Shown here: one piece after another, positions 1-13,271 of the stretch
Numbering within the stretch: position 1 is the stretch's first letter
How the letters are laid out: each line of letters begins with the position of its first letter
Origin: Octopus sinensis
Lineage: Eukaryota
Direction of reading: 5' to 3'
DNA length: 64,000 nt
NCBI RefSeq assembly: GCF_006345805.1
Contig: NC_043000.1
Span: forward strand, 65,410,001-65,474,000
Position numbers and translations under genes: made by a program
Notes under the pieces: generated by a model
What the model was told of the DNA's origin: nothing
Database searches by the model: none
Seen by the model: the letters and a program-made list of their open reading frames with translations, nothing else

Positions 1-834
1 AAGCTGTTATTTAGATGTAACTTGTTACACTTGATAGTGCAATGAACAAAAATATTTCCTTGCATTCTGTTACAGCTCTTAATATTTGGTGTTCAAATTC
101 TTCTATGGTCAGTTTTGCCTTTTACCCTTCTAGGATCATTCTGAGCATGATATAATTAACTAAAACCTCTCTCTAAATTTCTGCCCATGTGCCTATTCTA
201 GAAATCAAAATTAATACTATCTTTATCTTTTCCTTGTTTCACATAGGACTGCAGTCATGCTGAAGCACTACCTTGATGGTTTTACTTAAACAAATTGACT
301 CCAGTACTTGGTTTTAAATCTGGTACTTATTCTGTCAATTTCTCTTCTCAAACCACTAAGTTACAGGGACACAATCAAAAACCACTTTCAAGCCATGGTA
401 TGGGGACAAACACAAAGACACACACACCTAAATATACGCATACATACATACATATATATAAGCATATACATATAAATACATACATATAAGTCTACATACA
501 TGACCTAGTGCTTAGTGTGTTGCACTCATGAGGATAAGATCATAATTTCGATTCCCAGATCAGCAGTGCATTGTGTTCTTGAGCAAAATACTTCATTTCA
601 TGTGGCCTCAGTCTACTCAACTGAAAATGGGTAACCCTGCAATGGCTTGGTGTCCTTGTTCAGAAGGAATGTTGGCTTGCTTACTTCAGAAGTGCATCTC
701 TCTTTGAGATGTTATTTCCTTCTTTTTTTTTCTTTTAATGTCATAAATGATAATAATGATAACAATTATCAGGCTAATTAACAACAAAAATAAAAACATC
801 AATGTTATACAAATATAAAGAAAAATTTTTTTAC

Positions 835-897
835 CTCATTGTTCAAGTTTGTCCAACAATTTTTCTTTGTCATATTATTTAATATATCTACAAAAAT
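835..897 (-). CDS. 63-nt exon IFVDILNNMTKKNCWTNLNNE, phase 0-0; resembles a GAIN subdomain-A helix
   Basis: ttctcttaatttctttctAG acceptor, GAG|GTAAAA donor; only frame 0 is open. Confidence 0.78.
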
Positions 898-1772
898 CTA
901 GAAAGAAATTAAGAGAAGGATTACAAAGGTATGTTAAAAAATAAAACATGCAGTTTCATGATAAAACTAATAATGAACATGTAAAGAATTAAGCTATTTC
1001 AGTCAAATTAAGAATTAGTGGTCTTAATAAGAGAAAAGCTTCATTTAAAAATATTGTATTTTCATCAGCAAATACAGCTTACTTTTATTTCACATTTTGA
1101 TGTTCTACATTTTTATTATTTTTCACATTTTTCCATGCAAATTTGTGAATCCAGAATCTCATCATAATGATGCTATGGTGTTGATATGTATATATGTATA
1201 TGTGATAGATATATTGATATGTATATATGTTAAAGTGTTGATATGTATGCATGTGGCTGATAAAAAACAACTCCTCTTCTATGATTCTCTCACACAAATC
1301 CTAAACACAATTGATGAACTAAGCTTGTTACTTCAGCCACCTAATCTGAAGATATGAAACTGTAAAAAGACTGAAAGACAGACAAAATTAAGAGGAATGA
1401 CCACTAAAGTGGACACCTAATATGCCAAATATAGATGTCAAATTGTCATTACCATGAAGAATATGTTCTCAAGAAAAATCTCAGCAAAACGCCCAAATGT
1501 AAAAATGAGCAAGACAAATGAAAATAAACGACATAAAAAACGATTACCTACGTACCAATGGTTTCCCTTGCTAATATAAACGTATGCAAACAAGCAGATA
1601 TCTGCAAAATCGGCAGTGTAGTCTGTCGTTTACAAAACACAATTTCCAGAGCTAGATACAGAACGCTCAACCGAAATCGAGCAACACAATTTTTAATCTT
1701 TGGATTTTCTAAATATGCTAATCCACTGGTTTTAATTGATTAATATCAATTTCTACCTTTATTATTTAATTT

Positions 1773-1807
<35 letters not shown>

Positions 1808-1901
1808 TACATGCATACACACACACACATATATGAATGTCAATGAATCTAAATTTTCATTAAAATCTTAAATTCTGCAGGGTTTGAATTCATATACTCA
1901 C

Positions 1902-2063
1902 TTGCATTTTATTCTCGGTTTCCATGACGACATCAGGTAAATTATTTATAGTATCAATGAACTTCACAAGATTATGCTTCTTTGATTTAGATGTTCTATT
2001 TTGCAAGTTATCAGCGGTTTTCTTTTCCATTGTAGTAGTGTGGTTATAAGAAATTGTAGTGGT
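1902..2063 (-). CDS. 162-nt exon, Thr-rich stalk TTTISYNHTTT...ENKMQ, phase 0-0
   Basis: ttttgtttcttAG acceptor, GTGAGT donor; only frame 0 is open. Confidence 0.8.
1918..1931 (-). promoter_or_regulatory. RFX X-box motif GTCGTCATGGAAAC inside a coding exon
   Basis: Exact match to GTHNYY-AT-RRNAAC, ~240 bp upstream (minus sense) of an isolated CpG-rich patch at 1490-1679. Confidence 0.35.
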
Positions 2064-2133
2064 CTAAGAAACAAAACAATAAAATTAATAAAGACTGAAA
2101 TATTATTTTACATCTGTGTGTGTATGTGCATGT

Positions 2134-3290
2134 GTATGTGTGTGTGTGCGCACATGCTTGTGTGTGTGTGTGTTTAAAAATTATATAAGTACAAACAAAT
2201 GGAACAAATGGAAAGTACACACATTGGCTGTCACTAAATCCTCATCAGTTATTGTCCAAAGGATTAAAACAATTTCCTGCCTTTTCAAATCAATCAAAGA
2301 AAGGGTAGAATTTCAAGGAAAACAATTTTGCATGCAAAGGTATCTCCTTGCCAGTTTATATGGCTAAACAATGACACTGTGTAACATGATTTTTGTCCTT
2401 GGGTAGCATCTGTTATTTCCTTTTTGCTTACTCCTAGAAACTATGGAAAATGGCTAATATTTTCTTCAAACTTTGCTTTTGCTACATTTATTCAAACCCC
2501 AAAGAATCCCTTTCAACACATGGCTATGATGCTCCCCCACTATTCCTGCTCACCATCAAATATGCACATATTGTCAGCCACTAAGAGACATGCTCAAACT
2601 TTCACCACTCAGATCGTTTTCTTCCCTATATCCATACATTATGTGTGTGTGTGTCAAGGTGTAATGTATGCATGTGTTTGAGCATATGTATGTGTGCGCA
2701 CACGTATGTGTGTGTGTGTGCGCACATGCTTGTGTGTGTGTGTGTTTAAAAATTATATAAGTACAAACAAATGGAACAAATGGAAAGTACACACATTGGC
2801 TGTCACTAAATCCTCATCAGTTATTGTCCAAAGGATTAAAACAATTTCCTGCCTTTTCAAATCAATCAAAGAAAGGGTAGAATTTCAAGGAAAACAATTT
2901 TGCATGCAAAGGTATCTCCTTGCCAGTTTATATGGCTAAACAATGACACTGTGTAACATGATTTTTGTCCTTGGGTAGCATCTGTTATTTCCTTTTTGCT
3001 TACTCCTAGAAACTATGGAAAATGGCTAATATTTTCTTCAAACTTTGCTTTTGCTACATTTATTCAAACCCCAAAGAATCCCTTTCAACACATGGCTATG
3101 ATGCTCCCCCACTATTCCTGCTCACCATCAAATATGCACATATTGTCAGCCACTAAGAGACATGCTCAAACTTTCACCACTCAGATCGTTTTCTTCCCTA
3201 TATCCATACATTATGTGTGTGTGTGTCAAGGTGTAATGTATGCATGTGTTTGAGCATATGTATGTGTGCGCACACGTATGTGTGTGTGTG
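2134..3290. repeat. Direct tandem duplication, period 572 bp
   Basis: Track ORFs 2424..2681 and 2996..3253 are identical; junctions lie in (TG)n. Confidence 0.92.
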
Positions 3291-3543
3291 AGTGAATGAG
3301 TGTTTATTTGCTATTTTATTTTAGTTCCTAATATATTTTGACAGCCATTTGGGACAAAAAAAACCCAATGAATTAAATAAATAGACATACTAATGTAAAA
3401 ATCAATAAGTTTGATGAAATATAATGAAAAATAAAAATATTGAACTTTGATATGCTATATCTTAAGTATCACCAATCTAATTTTACCACAGAATTCTGTT
3501 ACAGCAGGAAGTTAAAAAAGAAAAAAAATCAGTAAAATCTTAC

Positions 3544-3563
3544 CTTATCTGTAACTGGAGAAC
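3544..3563 (-). CDS. 20-nt microexon (G)SPVTDK, phase 1-0
   Basis: gttttgttttaatttcttccAG|gttctccagttacagataag|GTAAGA. Confidence 0.65.
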
Positions 3564-3968
3564 CTGGAAGAAATTAAAACAAAACTTTTTAATGTCTTAG
3601 TAAAAGAAAAAAACAATTAAATAGGTACAGTTGTTTCTATTATATTCCAGAACAGCTCCAGTTCCTGTTCAGTAAGCTAAAGTCAAAAGCAGTCCAACCA
3701 TAACCATCTCATCTTTATATTTCAGGCCTTGTATATTTAATTCTATATTCTTTTATTCTTATATTTTTTTTTCTTTCATTCATTAGATTACAGCCATGTT
3801 GGAGCACCATCTGGAGGAACAAATCAACCCCAGGACTTGTTTTTTTTAAGCCTGGTACTTATTCTACAGGTCTTTTTTGTGGAACTGCTAAGCTATAGGG
3901 ATGTGAACACACCAACACCGGTTGTCAAGCAGTGGTGGGAGACAAAGACAAATGCACACACACACACC

Positions 3969-4013
<45 letters not shown>

Positions 4014-4316
4014 CATGTATGTATGTATGTATATATGTCATCATCATCATCATCATCATCGTTTAACGTCCGTTCTCCATGCTAGCATGGGTTGGACGGT
4101 TCGACCAGGGATCTGGGAAGCCAGAAGGCTGCACCAGGCTCCAGTCTTATCTGGCAGTGTTTCTATAGCTGGATGCCCTTCCTAACGCCAACCACTCCGT
4201 GAGTGTAGTGGGTGCTTTTTACGTGCCACCTGCACAGGTGCCAGGCGAGGCTGGCAACGGCCAATCGAAGCGTATGTGTATATGTATATATATAATTATA
4301 TATATATATGTATGTA

Positions 4317-4409
<93 letters not shown>

Positions 4410-5331
4410 TATGTCTACCAAATCCAGAGACTATAGTAGATGACATTTCCCCAAGGTGTCGCACAGTGGGACTGAACCCATAACTATATGCATGGGAAGC
4501 AAACTATTTACCACACAGCCACAGTCCAACATAATTACATATACATTTTTTTAAAATGGTTTAATATTATTTAAGGAAAATTTTCCTGTTATTTCTACCA
4601 AATCAAGTGACTCTATAAGCGGTTGCTCCCACATGATGCACCATGGTACAGTATTATGTTGCAAAATGCACACTGACAATAAGGAATTATATTTACATAA
4701 GAGAAAAATATAGACTGAAATACTAAGTATAAAGCCTGATTAATTTGCTTTATATATTGAGTAAGGATAATTTCATGTAGTTTAAATAATTTATATTTAT
4801 AGGCATGGCTGTGTAGTAAGAAGCTTGCTTCCCAACTATATGGTTCTGGGTTCAGTCCCACTGTGTGGCACTTCGGACAAGTGTCTCCTACTATATAACC
4901 TTGGGCTGACTAAAGCTTTGTGAGAAGATTTGGTAGATGGAAACTGAAAGAAGCCCATCATATACATGTGTGTGTGTGTGTGTCTTTGTATTTGTGCTTG
5001 TCCCCCACCATATTACTTAGCAACCAATATTGGTGTGCTTACATCCCCCATATCTTAGCAGAGACCAATAGAATAAGTACTAGGCTTACAAAAAATAAGT
5101 CCTGGGGTAAATTCCTTTCACTAAAACCCTTTAAGGTAGTGCTCCAGTATGGCCACAGTCAAATGACTGAAACATGTAAAAGAACAAAAGACTGAAAGAA
5201 TAGGCTGAAATAAATTATTTACCGTACAAGAGAATGTATCCATAAATTTTAGTCAACAAGCCTTATGAGTGTATTTCATAGATGGAAACTAAAAGAAACA
5301 TACCACACATGTATATATATGTGTGAGTGAG

Positions 5332-5382
<51 letters not shown>

Positions 5383-6056
5383 GTGTAGGTTACTGTCTCC
5401 TTGCCTGGACATTGTATGATAGTCATAAACAAATGTTATCGTCATGCAAGTGATGTCTTCATCCATTTTCCATGAAAAACATGTCTGGTACTGGGGAAAT
5501 ATTACTTTACTTGGAAAACAAGTGAGGATTGGCAAAAGGAAGGGCATCTGGCCACAGAAAAAGGCCTCAACAAAAATTCATCCAACCCATGCAAACATGG
5601 AAAAGTCGTTAGAATAATGATGATGACAATGATGATAATATATGTCAAATGACCATGTCTCAAGTCCCAGATGAAAGAAACTGCCTGTGAAGAATTCTAC
5701 CTCTTCTGTCCTTACACTTTCAGCTTTTTTACAGTTTCATAATTTCAGATTAGGTGGCTGAAGTAACAGGCTATACAACATCTTCATGAAAAGAAAAGGA
5801 TAGATCAAACTGATGTTAGAATTTCATCCATGAACAAGTACCCACTTTAACCATCTTTAGAGACAGTGGTTGCTATTACTAAGAACTTAAGTAACTTAAA
5901 AAGAGCGATTTGCATACATAACACATACTTTGCAGCAAGGTTGATTAGTAAATTATTGGTGCATTAGGAGTACTTTGTTTAAATATCATATTGCTATCAA
6001 ATCACAGCTGTGACTTGCAAAACAATTACGGCTTGGTAGCTTGCATTCACTAATTA

Positions 6057-6460
6057 GGTGCAGGAGTGGCTGTGTGGTAAGTAGCTTACTTCCCAACCAC
6101 ATGGTTCCGGGTTCAGTCCCACTGCGTGGCACCTTGGGCAAGTGTCTTCTACTGTAGCCTCGGGCCAACCAAAGCCTTGTGAGTGAATTTGGTAGACGGA
6201 AACTGAAAGAAGCCCGTCGTGTATATGCATATGTATATATATGTGTGTATGTGTCTGTGTGTCTGCATTTGTCCCCCCACAATCGCTTGACAACCAATGC
6301 TGGTGTGTTTATGTCTCTGTAGCTTAGTGATTCGGCAAAAGAGACCAATAGAATATGTACTAGGCTTACAACGAATAAACCCTGGGGTCGATTTGCTCAA
6401 CTAAAGCCGGTGCTCCTGCATGGCCACAGTTAAATGACTGAAACAAGTAAAAGAGTAAAG
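6057..6460 (+). mobile_element. tRNA-derived SINE, family A (full length); other copies at ~231-480(-), 3771-4015(-), 4800-5195(+), 14968-15577(+), 17085-17520(-), 40265-40535(-), 56505-56741(-)
   Basis: Pol III A-box tggctgtgtggt and B-box ggttcagtccc, central (TA/TG)n, conserved 3' ggtgctccagcatggccacagtcaaatgactgaaac. Confidence 0.85.
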
Positions 6461-6471
6461 AATTATTTTAA

Positions 6472-6691
6472 CCCTTTAGCATTCAGATTTTTCTGTCAAA
6501 TATATTGTATATTTACTCACATTGCTTTGAATTAATCCTGCATTATATTGCAGCTTTGATATTTTGATTACTTAATTGTTTATTTTTAGACTGACATTGT
6601 CTGTTTAGTGTGAGAGGCTGGATATGAACAGTTTGAACATAAAACAAATAGAATATTTGGGCCAGATATGGCTGGTTTAAATGCTATAGGG
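6472..6691. mobile_element. piggyBac-type MITE (220 bp); fragments also near 10450-10650 and 30570-30660
   Basis: TTAA|CCCTTTAGCATT ... AATGCTATAGGG|TTAA. Confidence 0.8.
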
Positions 6692-7253
6692 TTAAATACC
6701 TATGTCATCATAAGGAAAGACAGACACCTCCTTCAAATGATATCCTGTATCAGAACATAGCATAGATTTTAGACAAGAGTATATGTAATAGATAAACGTA
6801 AACACTTTGCCAAGTATAAGTTATATTTGCAAACTGATCTCTCTGATTTAATACAAAGATATCATAATAAAGGATTAAGAAACAATATTTACTGAAAGAG
6901 GATAAGCAGTCACTGATGAAATCCCAACAAGAGTTGAAACTAGACAAGCTGATCCTTCATTTTTTTTCTTTTTTTTTTGTATATAACACATATGAGTTAA
7001 TGTATATTGTTATTGGAGTGCTGTAGAGTAGTGTAAAGTTCATAGTAAGAAAAAACGTAAAATGTATATAGTAATATAAGTGTTAGTATGTGCCATTTGT
7101 GTTTATACGTATGTGTACACATGCTTCTTTGTGTGTTTGCTTGTGTGTGTGTGTGTGTGTCTACATGTGCATTTATTTTTGTCTAGAGACAACAATTTTG
7201 TGAGAATACAAGTGGTCAGATAAAAATAAACATATGAAAATAAATTTACGAAC

Positions 7254-7302
7254 CTGATTTAACCACAAGAAAATGCCAAATATCCATAGATCCATTTTTT
7301 CC
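7254..7302 (-). CDS. 49-nt exon GKNGSMDIWHFLVVKS, phase 0-1
   Basis: atacattttcatttttAG acceptor; CAG|GTTCGT donor supplies the phase needed to join 8407 to 3563; a competing GTAAAT donor 4 nt further would break the frame. Confidence 0.6.
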
Positions 7303-8406
7303 CTAAAAATGAAAATGTATTTTTTCATTGATTAAATTGATGCTGTCATTTTAAATTGATATGAAATTGATGTTACCACTTTGTATATATCGCAACAAAA
7401 TATTTAGTTATTTCTAATTTAGGAAAAGCGGGGTGCAAATGTGGCTGGGCGGTTAAGCAATATGCTTCCCAAACTTTCAGGTTCAGTCCCACTCTATGGC
7501 ACCTTGGGTGTCTTCTAGTATAATCCCAGGTCAACCAAAGTGGATTTGGCAGTTGGAAACCGAAAAAAGCATGTGTACATGTGTGTATGTGTGCACATGT
7601 GTGTGTTTGGGTCTTCTTGTCTTGACATCATGCAATAGTAATAATAAAATAGCATCCTCATCATAAAAGCACAGTCCTTCATTTTCAATCTTCCATGAAG
7701 ACATGTCTGGCCATGAAGAAATATTACCCTGCTTGGAAACATGTGAGGTGTGGTGATGGAATAGGGTATCCAGCCGCACAATTCTGCCTCAGTAAATTAC
7801 ATCTGACCCATACAAACTTGAAAAAATGGACTTTAAAACAACGGTGGTGATGTTTTCAACACATATCTTTAAATTAAGATCTATCAAAGTGAGAAATTAT
7901 CAATAGCTATAATAACAAAATGAAGGAATTGCAAAGAACATAAAATGTAGATTACAAGTAATAGAAGATTACAATTTGGTATGAATTTTAGTCAACATTA
8001 GATAATATCAATTAAAGTTGATTTTATACAACTTGGTTTTTGGATTGTTGTTGGACCAAGGTTATGCTAAGGCACCATCTTCATGAACACATAGTTTCAA
8101 GAACATGTGAATTTCTTAGCCACACATCCATGATTGTTCTTAGCAAGTTACTGTAGTGAATAAACTTGCTGATGAGGTAAAAATAATCCAGAAATACATC
8201 CAGAGTTGTCTCCCATACTTACATCACCTACTATTCTTTCTCGACAAATTTTTTTCTACTCTGGTTTGTTTTTTGTACTGTCTATGCATTCAGTATGCTG
8301 ACACTCATTTACCTAATGTTCATCACAAGGATGCCATCTCAGAATATTGTAATGTTTTATTTAACTTGGAAAATTATCTTGTAATGTGCAAAATCATTTT
8401 ACTTAC

Positions 8407-8519
8407 TTGAAGGACCAAAGTATAATCTTCATTTATAACTTGATCACGTTGCTTAGGTTTTAACAAGCAATTTGTTATATTTTTATGAAAGACTGATTCC
8501 CATTCTTCTTTGTTTGAAT
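8407..8519 (-). CDS. 113-nt exon (D)SNKEEW...TLVLQ, phase 1-0
   Basis: tttggtttccAG acceptor, GTAAGT donor, open in the expected frame. Confidence 0.8.
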
Positions 8520-8620
8520 CTGGAAACCAAATGTATAAAAATAAATGAATTAAATATATTTGAATATAAATTTAAATAATTCATATAAAAGATATGTTGG
8601 TATTTCATTAAGTTTTTTAA

Positions 8621-9150
8621 ATGGTGGCATTCTGGTTTAAGCACCTCATACAAACCCTCATAAATTTTTTAATTTTTGGAATTTTCAGAAAATTTTGGCA
8701 AAATTTGTCACATAAGAATTCATACAATTATGGGGAAAAATTTATTTTTGTGTGTGATTTAAGGGCGATTTAGCTGTTATTTTTTGCATGTTTCATGACC
8801 ATCTGATAACCTCCTCATCACTTTGTCGCTCTGACGTTTTTTAGTATTTTTCTCCCCATAAACACATTTACTGGAATAATGATGCATCCAAGAGGGGAGC
8901 ATTGCTGAGATTTAAGCAAAAAATTTAGTCTGTCCATATTTCAAACTCTGATTTTGAAAAAAAAATTCAAAAAAGGGTGGAACTTTTAGGATTTAAAATG
9001 AGTCAGTTAAAAAATTTTTCTAAATTTTTTTCCATAATCATATAAATTCCTGTGTATAGAACACAAACTTGCAAATATTTTTTGAAAAGCTCCAAAAATA
9101 AAAAATGTTACGAGTAGTTATGTGTGGTGCTTAAACCGGAATTCTGCTTT
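8621..9150. mobile_element. TTAA-associated MITE (Kolobok-like)
   Basis: TIR attctggtttaagcacc / ggtgcttaaaccggaat; second copy at 56938-57430. Confidence 0.6.
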
Positions 9151-9469
9151 TTGAAATAACTGACAATTTTAAAGAATCTAAAATGTTTATTTAATAATAT
9201 TGAAAAATATAATTACTTTACACATGAGTGCTTCTGTGCAAATTTAAGCAGATGGAATCAAGTTTATTACCTCAACCCCACCTACCAAAAAGTAGTTTAT
9301 CTTTGTAGGATTTGAACTAAGAATATAAAGTAGCATAACCAAATACTGCAAAGCATTTGTTAGATGCTTTAACGATTCTGCTAATCAGTAACCCATAATA
9401 TTTGACTGGTATTTTATTCTATTGATCTCAAAGTGATAAATGGTAAAAAGTGATCTCAACTGGATTTGA

Positions 9470-9712
9470 TTCTACCACCACCACCATGATGATGATGACA
9501 ATGATGACAATGACCACTACTATCGCTATCATCACCACTGCTGCCACAACTACTAACACTATCAACACCACCATCATAACCTCCACAACGATGACAATGA
9601 GGATTACTACCATTATCATCACCACCACTACCACCAGAGTCACAATCACCACCACTACCATTACCACCACTACCACCTCTATCACCACCGCTACTAGTAT
9701 CATCATCACCAC
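9470..9712. repeat. Degenerate (ACC/ATC/ACT)n trinucleotide simple sequence
   Basis: Direct reading; intronic. Confidence 0.85.
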
Positions 9713-10733
9713 ATTGTATTGTCAGTTTTCCTATTCCAGCAAAGTTAGCCCATGGTTACATCTAACTGTTTAAAAATATATATTTCTTTATTGCCCACAA
9801 GGGGCTAAACATACAGGGCAGACAAAGGATTAAGTCAATTACATCGAACCCAGTGCGTAACTGGTACTTTATTTATTGACCCTGAAAGGATGAAAGGCAA
9901 ATTCGACCTAGGCAGAATTTGAACTCAGAACATAACGGCAGATGAAATACCACAAAGCATTTCGCCCGGTGCCCTAACGTTTCTGCCAGCTCAATGCCTT
10001 ACAACTGTTTAAAAATATAAAAAGCAACTGGAAAATAATCATTCATGACTAGACTAGAGAAAATAATGATTTTTTTAGCCACAGATCAGTTCTAATCATG
10101 CAGAAATATGATGAAAGGTGTTCCAGTTGTGTTTGATGATCAAGCTGCTTTTTTTAATTTTTTTAATATTTATTGCAAATATAGAAGGCAGCAAGCTGGC
10201 AGAATGGTTAGCATGCTGGCAAAATGCTTAGTAGCATTTTGTTTGTCTGTACACTCTGTGTTCAAATTGTGCCAAGGTCATCTTTTGTCCTTTTGGATTC
10301 AATAAAATATGTACCAGTTGAACACTGGGGTTGATGTAACTAACTTACTAGCTCCCTGGAATTACTAGTCTTGCACCAAAATTTGAAACTAATTTATTGC
10401 AGGCATTGTGTCAAATGTGTCTTTTCTATTTTAAGACACTAGTATATGATCTAACCATTTAGCATTTAAACTGGTCATATCCATCACAAATATTATATTT
10501 ATTCTCTGTTCAAACCAGCCATGTTGTGCCTTTCACACCTACCCTACAATGTGCTTCTAAAAATAAACAATTACATCATCAAAATCTCAAAGCTACAAGA
10601 CAATGCATGATTAATTCAAAGTAATGTGAATAAATAAGCATTACATTAGCTCTTTGAATACCAAAGAGCTAAGGGAGTTTTGGGTGCTATTTCTTGCAAG
10701 TTAAACAACCACATTAAAAAGTTACAATCTTAC

Positions 10734-10860
10734 CTAGGATTTGCCATTTCTCTTGGCATACTTGTTGATTTTTTTTAATGGACATCTCTTTATCATAGTA
10801 TACTTTATCCCGTAATCCTACAATCATTAATTCCTTGTCTAACTGCTGCTTCTTTAAGGC
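10734..10860 (-). CDS. 127-nt exon ALKKQQL...KWQIL, phase 0-1
   Basis: Poly-T tgtAG acceptor, TAG|GTAAGA donor, open in the expected frame. Confidence 0.82.
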
Positions 10861-12469
10861 CTACACAAAAAAAAAAAATAAACAATTATTTTCTGACGTA
10901 TTCTGTACTTGTTTTGTTCATTTTTTTCATTTTACCGATCACTGTTAAACGTTTGTATTGCACATGAACTCACTACTTCCATCAAATCAACATTGCCTGT
11001 ACAGGTGCATGGTGTGTCACACATCAAATGTCAAAGTGATCATAGAGCAGCATGAGAGGAAGTGTTTTGCTCAAGAACACAACACACTACCCTGTCTTGG
11101 AATTGAAACCACAATCTTGCAATCATGAGTGCAATACCTTAATCAGTATGCTACATGCTTTTACATACATAAAATTATCATCATCATTCTTCATCATTTA
11201 ACATCTGTTTTCCATACTGGCATGGGTCGGACGGTTTGACAGGAGCTGGCTAGGCAGAAAACTGCATCATGTTTCACTGTTTTGGCATAGTTTTTATGGT
11301 TGGACACCCTTCCTAACACCAACCACCTTACAGAGTAGACAGAGTACTTTTTGCAGCTTGATGCCCTTCCAAATGCTAACCACTTTACAGTGTAGACTGG
11401 ATGCTTTTTACATGGCACCAGCACCAGCGAGGTTACTAAGTAACTTGCAAGACAAAGATCTATAAGCTAAGAAAACATTCATCAGTTACTTATTGTTTCT
11501 GCTGCTTGCAAAAATGATATTTACTTCTACAAGAACCTATTTGATTGTCATATGACTGAGTCATTGAACATTAATGATTTTGTCATGGACACAAAACAGC
11601 ACCAAAGTCAGAATAATTTCACCATTAGCTTTTTGGCCATTAGGTAGCTCATTACCCTGTTCACTTACCCAGATGTGACACTTAACCTCATATTAATAAT
11701 TCTGAGGCCAAATTGGTTTTAAGTGAGAAAGCTAACACTTCTTATTTGCAATGACTTTTTTTAAAATTTCAGTCAGAACTGTTTGAAACCTTTGTGGTTA
11801 GGGAAGACATTGAGTGAATTAACAGATTTTATTTGAACCAATATAACAGTGCTTACAACAATGATAATAATCTGTTGAACTATGGTTTAATTGGATCATA
11901 AGATTAATTTTAAGACCTAGCATTCAGTTTGGTAATTAGATAAGACATTATTTAGTTCCATGAAGCCAGCTGTATCTAAATCCCGCAGCAATTTCTTCTG
12001 ATGTTAGGGAAATTTATGTGTAACAAATACACTTCAATAACTGATATCTTTGTCAAGAACTTTGGAATTACTGAATACAAATAAACAATACAATATAAAT
12101 TAGAAGTTTTCTGCCTTCAACTAAACTAAATCATTTTCTATTCATCATATAAATGTGACCTTCTTAGCAAACATGTATAATTTTAACAGGTTTCATTTTA
12201 AATATAGTTGTTGTATTGCAAATCCAATAGATTATTGTCATTATTATAAGCACTGTCATATTGAATGCAATAAAATTTATTAATTTACCCACTGTCTTCC
12301 CTAACCATAAAGGTTAAAAAGGTTCTTTTGCCTGAAACTGAACAAAGACATTGCAAGTGAGAAGTGTCAGCCTCCTCAGTCAGGAACAATTAATGTAAAA
12401 GTAACTCTCCATTAACGACAAAGTTTTGTCAAGCCAATAAATGCCAAATAACAGGCTTGAAAGAAATGA

Positions 12470-13120
12470 AGCTAGCATGCTCCACTGAATGGGTAATGTC
12501 AGTGTGCACACACAACAGAGTGTAAATGATTTAAGAGGAAAATTGGGTATAAGAGGCATCAGATGTTGTGTGCAAGAGAGAAGACTGCACTGGTTTGGTC
12601 ATGTGATGTGGATGGATGAGGACAGTCACTTAAAGAAGTGCCGAGCTCTAATTGTGGAGGAAACCTGTGAAAGGGGTAGATCCAGGAAGATGTGGGATGA
12701 AGTGGTGAGAAAGGATCTTTGAATACTGGCCCCACTGAGGAAATGACAAGGGACTGAGAGTTGTGGCAATTTGCTGTATTTGAGAAGATATCAAGCTCAG
12801 TAAAATTGTGGTCATCCATGCGTACAGGAATGTCCTTTGCAAGTGTCAGTGCCATGTAGAATGCACTTATGCCAATGCCATGTAGAATGCACTTGTACCA
12901 ATGCTGCATAAATGCACCCATGCTGGTCGCATTTAAAAAGCACCCAGCACACCTTATAAGGTGGTTGGCATTAGGAAGGATATCCAGCCATAGGAATCAT
13001 GCCAAAACAGACAATTGGGGTCTGGATAGCTCCCCAGCTGGCCAGCTCCTGTCAAAACCGTCCAACCCGTCCAACCCATACCAACATGAAAAACAAATGT
13101 TTAAATGATGATGATGAACA
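12470..13120 (+). mobile_element. RTE LINE 3' end with (GAT)n tail; related 3' ends at ~17935-18300, 30875-31350 and, inverted, 4035-4260, 11185-11460, 24490-24670, 33200-33530
   Basis: RRLHWFGHVM..DEDS..KKC..L.VE..C.RGRSRK.WDEVVRKDL, then the shared 3' UTR ggcattaggaagg..atccagcc. Confidence 0.8.
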
Positions 13121-13271
13121 GACAACAATTACTCAAGAAGTTAGCTGAAAGTTAGACTGATGATACCAGAGTATATTTACACATTGGTAAACTTAGACAT
13201 TGTAAACACTGAACATTGTCATGCTTCCAAGTAAACTTTTTCTTTAGCTTGCAATATCAAGATTGCAGGTA

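Noticed and set aside
1083-1300. Candidate exon with a strong GTAAGC donor (track ORF 1085..1297)
   Set aside because: Every frame from the available acceptors has a stop before the donor, and the neighbouring exons already join in phase.
6700-6744. 45-nt open candidate exon (YHLKEVSVFPYDDI)
   Set aside because: Phase 1-1 with a weak donor abutting a MITE. It cannot bridge phase 0->1, though optional inclusion between 7254 and 3563 is not excluded.
8223-8400. Candidate exon with a GTAAGT donor at 8222
   Set aside because: Stops in all three frames and no good acceptor.
9428-9773. Thr-rich and Val-rich ORFs suggesting a mucin or TM protein
   Set aside because: By-product of a degenerate trinucleotide repeat; no splice signals tie it to the gene.
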